NCBI RefSeq assembly: GCF_964213995.1
Contig: NC_135819.1
Coordinates: forward strand, 54,932,001 to 54,996,000
DNA: 64,000 bases
Direction: 5' to 3'
DNA from: Mustelus asterias
Lineage: Eukaryota
Every line of letters starts with the position of its first letter. Position 1 is the stretch's first letter. A program made the position numbers and the translations under genes. Below the pieces are notes generated by a model. It had not been told where the DNA came from. It did not search any database and was given only the letters and a program-made list of their open reading frames with translations. This document shows, piece by piece, positions 54,845 to 64,000 of the stretch.

Positions 54845-56235
54845 TTGGAAATATGAGCAAGAGATCATTCAGCTCCTGCTGCATCATTTAACTACATCAT
54901 GGTTGATCCTCTACCTCAAGCTCATTTCTCCCACACTAGCCCCATGCCCATTGATATCTTTAATAGCTGGAAATATATTTATCTCTGTCTTGAATATAGT
55001 CCTCTGAGATAGAGAATTCTAAAGATTCATCCCCTCGAAGAAATTCCTCCTCATCTCATTCCTAAATGGCTTCCGCTTATTCTGAGATTGTAAACCCCAG
55101 TTCTAACCATCCGCCACACTCCACCCCAAGCCTGGGGAAACATCCTTCCTACATCCTGTCAAGCCCTGTGAAAAATGTTGTATGCTTCAATGAAATCGCC
55201 TCTCATTCTTCTAAACTCTCAAGAATAGTGGCTCAGTCTCCTCAATCTCTCCTCATTAGAACAATCCCACCTTCCCGGGGATCAGTCTGGTGAACCTTTA
55301 CTGCACTCCCTCTATGGCAAATATATCCTTCCTGAGGTAAGGAGATGAAAACTGTGCACAATACTCCAGATGTGATCTCAGCAAGGTTCAATTGCAGCAA
55401 AACTTCTTTACCCCTTTATTCAAATCGTCTTGCAGCAAAGGCTGACATATTGCTTGCTGTACCTACATGTTAGCTTTCAGTGACTTATGAACAAGGACAC
55501 CCAGATTCCTTTCAACATCAAACTTCCCAATCTCTCACCAGTTAAGAAAGACTCTGCATTTCTGTTTTTACCAAAGTGGATAACTTCAAGATTTTCAGTG
55601 TTATATTCCACCTGCCATATTCTTGCACTCACTCAGTCTGTCTAAATTCCCTTGAAGCCTCTTTGCATCCTCCTCACAACTGACATTCGCACCTAATTTT
55701 ATGGCATCACTAAATTTGGATCCTTGTGGTACCCAACTAGTCAGACTGCCAACCTGAGAATGATCCATTTACTCCGACTTTCTGTACAAAGCCCGACATC
55801 AGCAGTAGACAACATTCTAGAATCAATGATAAAGAATGTGCTGACTGGACACATGAAATAATGGTAGGATTGGGCTGAGCCAACTTGGATTGATAGGAAA
55901 GGGAAATCATGTTTGACAAACCTGTTAGAGTTTTTCAGGGTGTAACTAGCAGAATAGATAAGGGAGACCTGGTGAATTTTCAAAAGGCTTTTGATAAGGT
56001 ATTAAGGTCCCACATATGAGCTTAGTAAGCAAAATTAGAGCACGTGGGATTGGGGGTAATATACTGGCATCGGATGAGAACTGGTTAGTGGGCAGAAAAC
56101 AGAGAGTAGGAGTAAATGGATCATTCTCAGGTTGACAGTCTATGATGAGTGAGATACTGCACATATCAGTGCTTGGACCCCAGCTGTTCACATTTGGTAT
56201 CAATGATTTGAATGTGGGGAGTGTATGTAATATTC
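54845..56235. mobile_element. CR1 LINE with inverted 5' part
   Basis: Minus-strand CR1 to ~55790, then plus-strand upstream CR1 segment; overlapping inverted ~50 bp. Confidence 0.7.
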
Positions 56236-56526
56236 AATTTGTCCTCCACAGCATTAATGCTAATCAGGTTTATCCAGCCTTTAAAAAAAATTTTTTTACT
56301 CCATTCTTAAAATTATAAAGCCAATACTCAGAATGGACCGAGCAAACCCAAATCCCAATTGAATCAAATTCAAGGTCCACACAAGGGAGACAAACAAGAT
56401 CCAAGCTGACAAGATGAGGCATTGCACCCCATCTTGGGCTTGATCTTAGCCTTTCTGCAGATTTAAGTCCCCCATGATTACTGTATTACCCTTGTTACAT
56501 GCACCTCTGATCTCCTAATTTATTAC

Positions 56527-56675
56527 AGTAAGACGTCTCACAACACCAGGTTACAGTCCAACAGGTTTATTTGGTAGCAAAAGCCACTGGCTTTCGGAGC
56601 GCTGCTCCTTCGTCAAGTAAATGGGAGTTCTGTTCACAAACAGGGCATATGAAGACACAAACTCAAGACACAAAC
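56527..56675 (-). mobile_element. Penelope pLTR fragment
   Basis: Reverse of the 59920-60059 pattern. Confidence 0.75.
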
Positions 56676-57619
56676 CTAATTTATACCATGCCCCCCATTA
56701 CCATTCTGTTTGATGGTCTATAAACAACTCCTACCAATGTTTGCTGCCCTTGCTGTTTCTTAGCTCCACCTAAGCTGATTCCACACTTGATCTTCCAATT
56801 TAAGATCCTCGCTCTCTAATGTATTGACCTCACCCTTTATTAACAATACAACTCACCTCCTTTCCCTTTTTGCCTATACTTCCAAAGTGTTGAGCACACT
56901 TGGTCGCCCTGCAGTCACAACTCCATAATGGCAATTAGATCATTCTTATTTACTTCTACTTGTGCCGTCAATGCATCTACCTTGCTGTGTGCATTTCCAA
57001 GGATTGAGGCTCCTCCACTTCTGACTTCTGGGTCTCCATACCTGTCTTACTTGCAGTCACACCCTTCTGTCCCTGACCATGGATCAAATCAAGGTGTGAC
57101 GGCCTCTTGGAACTAAATGTTCAGGTAACTTTTCCCCTCCCTGATGTGTTGCAGTGTCTGCAGCTCCGCCTCCAGATTAATGACTCTGAGCCAAAGTTCC
57201 TCCAGCTGTAGACACTGCAGATGTTTCTGCTTTGGATCATACAGGTATCCATGAACTCCCACATTCTGAAGCCATTACACATGACCTGCCTTGCCTTCTT
57301 TAGAGCATGTCATTAATTCATTAATTTACTGTTTAAATTTTAATTAATGTTCGTTATGCCTGTGCTTATATTACTATTTCAATAAGCGTTCTACTTATCC
57401 CAATTAAATTTCTAAGTCAAGATAAATAGGAAATACTCACCAGCCATTCTAATAAGCTTCAGTACAATTAGTGAACCTTATTATTACTAATAAACCTTTA
57501 CAATTACTAAAATGACCGGAGTTCTGGAGAAAAATATTCACCAACCAATCAACTATTTCCTGTGACATGCTATGTCTATGAATATGGTCAGTCCCTCCTG
57601 CAGCCACGGACTGGATACT

Positions 57620-57970
57620 TTTTTTTAGATGCTCCTGTCTGTCTCCAGATCCTCCTCTCTTCCACTCTTTTAGTTGCTGCTGTCTGTCTCTGGGTCTCTC
57701 TCTTGCCCTTTTAGATGCTACTGTCCATCTTCGGATCCTCCTCTATTCCACTATTTTAGTTGCTGCTGCCTGTGTCTGGATCCTCCTCCTCTCTTTCTTT
57801 TGCTCTTGTAGACACTGCTGTCTGTGTCCGCATCTTCCTTTCTCCTGCTCATTTAGGTGTTGCTATTTCTGAATCCTCTTCTCTCCTGCTCCTTTTGGTG
57901 CTGCTCTCTGACACTAGGTTCTGCTCTCTACCGCTCTATTAGGTGCTGTTATCTGTCTCGATCCTCCCCT
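57620..57970. repeat. Degenerate ~42-46-bp minisatellite
   Basis: Repeated TTTTAG(A/T)TGCTGCTGTCTGTCTC..GATCCTCCTCTCT units. Confidence 0.65.
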
Positions 57971-58142
57971 CCTGCTTGTTCCTGCATTTTCTTGGTTTTA
58001 TTATTGTCTATCCAGTCCTAGCCAGAGAATTATGTTCCTGTTCTTGCACCATTACCTCTGGAGTCCTCCAAGAATCTTTCATTGCCCCCCTCTTATTTCT
58101 CATCGACATGCTGCTGTTCAGCATGGTTATCAGAAAATATGT

Positions 58143-60059
58143 TTCCAGATGCAATTTTACAACTCATCCGCTTCATCCTGGACCACAATGTCTTCACCTT
58201 CAACAACCAGTTCTTCATCCAGACACACGGAACAGCCATGGGGACCAAATCCGCACCTCAATATGCGAACACCTTCATGCACAGGTTCGAACAAGGCCTC
58301 TTCACCGCACAAGACCTTCAACCGATGCTATACACTAGATACATCAATGACATTTTCTTCCTTTGGACTCATGGTGAACAATCACTGAAACAACTATGTG
58401 ATAGTCAATATCTTTTCCCAAAGGTAGGGGCGTCTAAAACTAGAGGGTACAGGTTTAAGGTGAGAGGGGAGAGATACAAAAGTGTCTAGAGGGGCAATTT
58501 TTTCACACAGAGGCTGGTGAGCGTCTGGAACAAGCTGCCAGAGGTAGTAGTAGAGGCGGGTACAATTTGTCTTTTAAAAAGCATTTCGAGAGTAACATGG
58601 GTACGATGGGTATAGAGGGACATGGGCCAAATGCGGGCAATTGGGATTTGCTTAGGGGTTTTTTAAAAAAATGGCGGCATGGACAAGTTGGGCCGAAGGG
58701 CCTGTTTCCATGCTGTAAACCTCTATGACTCTATGATGACATCAACAAGTTCCATCCCACCATCAGACTCACCATGGACTACTCTCCGGAATCGGTTGCA
58801 TTTTTGGACACACGCATCTCCATTAAGGACGGTCACCTCAGCACTTCACTGTACCGCAAGCCCACGGATAACCTCACGATGCTCCACTTCTCCAGCTTCC
58901 ATCCTAAACACGTTAAAGAAGCCATCCCCTATGGACATCCCGTCCGTATACACAGGATCTGCTCAGATGAGGAGGATCGCAACAGGCACCTCCCGACACT
59001 GAAAGATGCCCTCATAAGAACAGGATATGGCGCTCGACTCATCGATTGAAAGTTCCAACACGCCATAGCAAGAAACCGCACCGACCTCCTCAGAAGACAA
59101 ACACGGGACACGGTGGACAGCGTACCCTTCGTCGTCCAGTACTTCCCGGCGCGGAGAAGCTACGACATCTCCTCCAGAGTCTTCAACATGTCATTGATGA
59201 AGACGAACATCTCGTCAAGGCCATCCCCACACCCCCACTTCTTGCCTTCAAACAACCGCACAACCTCAGACAATTGCCCGCAGCAAACTACCCAGCCTTC
59301 AGGAGAACAGTGACCACGACACCACACAATCCTGCCACAGCAACCTCTGCAAGACGTGCCGGATCATCGACACGGATGCCATCATCTCACGTGAGAACAT
59401 CATCCACCAGGTACACGGTACATACTCCTGCAACTCGGTCAACGTTGTCTACCTGATACGCTGCAGGAAAAGATGCCCCGAGGCATGGTACATTGGGGAG
59501 ACCATGCAGATGCTACGACAACGGATGAATGAACACCGCTCGACAATCACCAGGCAAGAGTGTTCTCTTCCTGTTGGGGAACACTTCAGCGGTCACGGGC
59601 ATTCGGCCTCTGATCTTCGGGTAAGCGTTCTCCAAGGCGGCCTTCACGACACACGACAGCGCAGAGTCACTGAGCAGAGACTGATAGCCAAGTTCTGCAC
59701 ACATGAGGACAGCCTCAACCGGGATCTTGGGTTCATGTCACACTATCTGTAACCCCCACGACTTGCCTGGACTTGCAAAATCTCACTAACTGTCCTGTCT
59801 GGAGACAATACACATCTCTTTAACTTGTGCTTAACGCTCTCTCCATTCACATTGTCTGTACCTTTAAGACTTGATTACCTGTAAAGACTCGCATTCCAAT
59901 CATTATTTTGTAAATTGAGTTTGTGTCTTTATACGCCCTGTTTATGAATAGAACTCCCACTCACCTGATGAAGGGGCAGCAAGCACTCCGAAAGCTAGTG
60001 GCTTTTGCTACCAAATAAACCTGTTGGACTTTAACCTGGTGTTGTGAGACTTCTTACTG
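58143..60059 (+). mobile_element. Penelope-like element (RT + GIY-YIG + pLTR), 5' truncated, in an L2-like remnant
   Basis: GTAMGTKSAPQYAN, RYINDIF, FLDTRI..LYRKPT motifs; TSD TATCAGAAAATATGT; interrupted by a CR1 tail at ~58399-58733. Confidence 0.92.
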
Positions 60060-61339
60060 TATCAGAAAATATGTCAGGCTGCACGAACACACTGAGGATA
60101 CCATCCATCTCAACATTTCCACTGTCTCTGATTTGTCACACTGCCTGTTCAAAATTCAACACCAGATGAGCAGAAATTTCTTCCAACTAAACTTGGACAA
60201 GAACAAAACTATTGGCTTCAGTCCCTGCCATATATCATTTCCTTCTAACTGTCCGAGGCTTAACCAGACCATTCGCAAACTTGGCTCATCTAAAACTCGG
60301 CTGCCTGCATTCTAAATTATATTAAGTCCCACTCAACTCACCAAAATTCCTTTGACAGCATCCTCCAAACCCATGATCTCTACCACTGAGAAGGACAAGG
60401 GCAGCAGATGCATGTGAACACCACCACCTTCAAGTTACCTTCCAAGCCATACACCACACAAACCTGGAACTATATCGCTGTTCCTTCACTGTCACTCAGT
60501 CAAAATCCTGGAACTCTCTTTCTAAAAGCACCATGTGTGTTCCGACAACACATGGGCTGCAGCAGTTCAAGAAGGCAGCACACCACCATCTTTTCAAGGG
60601 CAATTAGGGATTGACAAGAAATGCTAGTACAGCCAGCGATGTCCACATCCCATGAACGGCTCCATTTAAAACAATTCATCCATCACCCAGTGTGCCCTGA
60701 CCTACATTGACACCCAGTCCAACAGCACTTCCATTTAAAATTCTCATCCTTATTTCCAATTCCCTCCATGGCCTTTCCTCTTCCTTATCACCTGTCAGTT
60801 TTCAGCCCAAGCCTCAACGTTGTCCAGATCTTGCTGCATATGAGCATGGGCATAGAGTCCCAATTAGTACCCACCATCTGAATACAAATAACAACCAATT
60901 GATAAACAATTAACATTACAAATGTTGATCCGTGCATTGCTGCTAGTTACCCAAGAGACTAACCAGATTCCTGAATTCTTGCATTGCACACAGAACCATA
61001 AGATCATAAGACATAGGAGCAGAAATAGGCCGCTTGGCCCATCACGTCTGCTCCGCCATTCAATCATGGCTGATATTTTTCTCATCCCAGAAGACGCATT
61101 ACTACCAAATCAGACGTTGGAAGTGAATCAGCATCTCTGTAAAGGAGAGTCACTAGAAAACAGCTTCTTTTCTGAATTTTCAGACACTATTGTTCCTTTT
61201 ACTCAATACTACCAGGATGTTCACCTATGATTTCTTCACAAACTTCAGCAAAATCTGCAAGAGTTGAAGGGTTAGCAAAAATGTAATAAGGCACTTTAGA
61301 TATTCTATTCAAGCTCATTGCTACATCTAGGCTGACAAT

Positions 61340-61835
61340 TTTAACACAATCCTGGTCAGCCTCCATCCTCCATTAACAAGCTCATCTAAAATTCTGATGC
61401 AGGTATCCTCATTCATGCCATGTCCTATTTAGCTATTAGCCCTGTACCTGTTGATCTATATTATTCCTGGTTCCGCAATGCCACAATTTAAAAATTCTCA
61501 TCCTTGTTTATAAATCTCTCCGTGGCTTTGTCCCTCCATATTTCTGTGACCAACTCCCTGTCCAGGCCTACAACCCTATCAGATCAATAAATTAATCTAC
61601 ATCATTGGCAACCATGCTTTCAACTGCCTCGACCATAAGATCTGGAATTCCTCCCTTAGACCTCGCCAACTCTCTAGTTCTCTCTTTTCCTTTAATATGC
61701 TTCTTAAAACCTACATTTTTGACCAAGCTTTTAATCATCTGTCCTAATGTGCCTTATGTGGATCAGTCAAATTTTGTTTGATAATGCTGCTGGGAAGCAT
61801 GTATTTAAGGCCCTAAATAAATGCAAGTTGTTATT
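61340..61835 (+). mobile_element. L2-like LINE 3' remnant
   Basis: TTTAAAATTCTCATCCTT, TGGAATTCC and AAATGCAAGTTGTT tail pattern. Confidence 0.55.
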
Positions 61836-63664
61836 ACCAGTCAGGTGCGCAGTTCAAGCTACAATAACATGGGCTTAATGAAAAAATAGTGCTTAGGAGG
61901 ATGCTTGCTGCGTCAGCTCCTACAGAAAAGCCTCAGACAAGATCAGAAATTTAGACAGCCCTGCCAGTAACATCAAAATGATCACAGCCCTCAAGTTAAT
62001 GTTTTACACTCCTATCAGACTTGTACTGGGAAAATCTACGGTGTTGCCTATTGATGAATCGTGAATGTGGCTAAACTATAATATAGGAATGTCATTATCA
62101 TCAGAACATTCACTATCGAACAGTATTAATGGGGGAGAATTGCACAATTACAAAACACTACCAGATTTCCACAAGTACAGAGGTGATTGATTGCATTTAT
62201 GTTATCCATCTGAGCACTGGCCCATAAAGCCGTGATTTAAATGAGCAATAAAGGGTTCCATTTTCTAAATGTCCAGCTGATCTGCGACATAATATCTTCG
62301 AACAAGGTACAGAGCACTGGCACAAACTAAACCATACAATTCAAATAATGACTATTTTTAAAAATATATTTTCTGTATTCAATTATTTGTGTTCTCATGA
62401 ACAACATAATGGGGGGATAGCAGATAAGTGCCTCACACACAATTTCTGTCCACCACACTGCAAATTTCTGGGTCACACTTTTAAAAAAATTTTACAAAGG
62501 CAGTCGTCTGAAACGTACAAATTCCCTTTGCAACTGAACAGTCAAAATAGATCAATCAATATAAAATCCAGAATGTAACCCTGAATGAGCTCACTGCAAG
62601 CTTTACAACAAATAAACAAAATGAAAGCCAGTATTGTGGCTTGCACAACAAATAAACACCAATTTCATAGAATGTTTATTTAATAGCATTTAGACATTGT
62701 GGCTGTGAATACATGTTCATCATTGGGGCAGAATAAAATATTTTACATTATGGGATATAATTTTTCTGCGCTCATAAAACAAGAGTATCATCTGACTTTC
62801 ATTAACAGTGCTACATATCATTCACCTATGTGTAGAAGTGCTCTGCTGTTATGCTTCATAAAACATTTTCTGATCTTGCTAATCTGGCTGTGTTTAAAAG
62901 ATAACGACTGAGGACTTACCAAAAGCTGCCAACTCTATAGAGACTTTCTCTCAGCAAATACCATCTAACTGACTACAGGATGCGCCGAATATGAATTAGC
63001 CATAATTGACTTCAAGATTTTCTTATTAACAGAAACCAAATCTTGGGGCCCAAACAGGACAGGCAAAGTTACACACAACACAAAAATATTGAATAATAGT
63101 CCAGATGTTGCTATGGATAGCGAAGGACCAGCTTTCATCCTCGTAAAACAGTATATTGTCCAACTTACCATAAGTAATGCTGTAGCAAGCGTTTAGTTTC
63201 TTATACAAAAATGATTGGATATTATCAGATACTTTAAAACATTACTTTTTGTATCTATATATTATTTGCATATGTGTCAACCCACATCATTACTTCAAAG
63301 TATGTCAGGAAAATAGGCCTTCAGAACATAAATGGAAATTAATCAAAAATAAGTGTGAAATATTCATCCAGGGTAATGTATTTTACTCAAACTATTTCTC
63401 ATGCTTGGAATAATAACCAAATAGTTTAAAAGAAGCAAAAACCGAGGACTGTTCAAAATTCATAAACCTTTTATAACGGGAGCATTAGGATCTAACAGGC
63501 AGGTGGTAAAAGCATTGATTACATCCTTGGCCCTTAGACTGTTGTAACATAGACTGGAGTCACATGTAGGCCAGACCAGGTAAGGATGGAAGATTTCCTT
63601 CCCTAAAGGACATTAGATTTCAGATCACTAACATGTTTGGACCAAGTTATATTAAATCTTAATA

Positions 63665-63940
63665 TCTACGAGCAGAAAATCCTGGAAATATTCAGCAGGT
63701 TGGGCAGGACCTATGAAAAGAGAGATAATTATTATTTCAGGTCAATAAACTTGAATCAAAATGAGAAAAAGTTAGAGATATAACAGGTAAAGAACAAAAG
63801 TGAACCTTCAGTTCTGATGAAAGATCATCAACCTGAAACATTCATTCTGCTTCTTTCCCCATAGATGTCGCCCGACCTACTGAGTGTTTTCATCAAGTTC
63901 TGTTTTATTTTTAATGCCCAGCATTCGCAGTATTTTCCTT
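63665..63940. mobile_element. Degraded fold-back Penelope-type tail
   Basis: CTGATGAAAG..GAAAC core; inverted GCAGAAAATCCTGGAAATATTCAGCAGG arm; related to 18056-18261. Confidence 0.5.
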
Positions 63941-64000
63941 TTATTTTATCACTATGTAATTGTTGAGGTAGTATACATGCCAATAGTCACCCTTTCACAG

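Noticed and set aside
57620-57970. CRISPR-like spaced repeat
   Set aside because: Degenerate tandem minisatellite without unique spacers; eukaryotic context
62965-63208. Short hydrophobic ORFs in unique sequence
   Set aside because: No recognisable homology and no coherent coding exon to the nearby donor

Overview
Repeat-rich eukaryotic genomic DNA, very likely from a shark or other elasmobranch (HE1-type SINEs, HER1/CR1 LINEs, Penelope elements). Two host genes are supported, both on the minus strand. One is a divergent TRABD/TraB-domain gene, seen as two internal exons (5758-5921 and 829-969) that are not evident from the ORF track. The other is an intronless, GC-rich tetraspanin (TSPAN7-like, 51809-52546). 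The rest is mostly nested transposable elements: a decayed full-length Gmr1-type Gypsy element (40654-47098, integrase before RT), Penelope elements with hammerhead-like cores, CR1, RTE, Rex/Babar, Tx1 and L2 fragments, a hAT MITE, a Harbinger-like element, a solo LTR and many SINEs. Two features stand out. (1) A ~335-bp polyA-tailed retroposon with a U2 snRNA-derived head, a second internal U2 stem, an Sm-site-like motif and many hairpins, present as two near-identical copies plus a diverged relative: a candidate shark SINEU-like family or variant snRNA. (2) A spliced OPA1 mRNA fragment folded into a 78-bp inverted repeat inside a TIR-bounded Harbinger-like element upstream of the TRABD-like exons. 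All calls are by eye; repeat boundaries are approximate unless a TSD or TIR is quoted.
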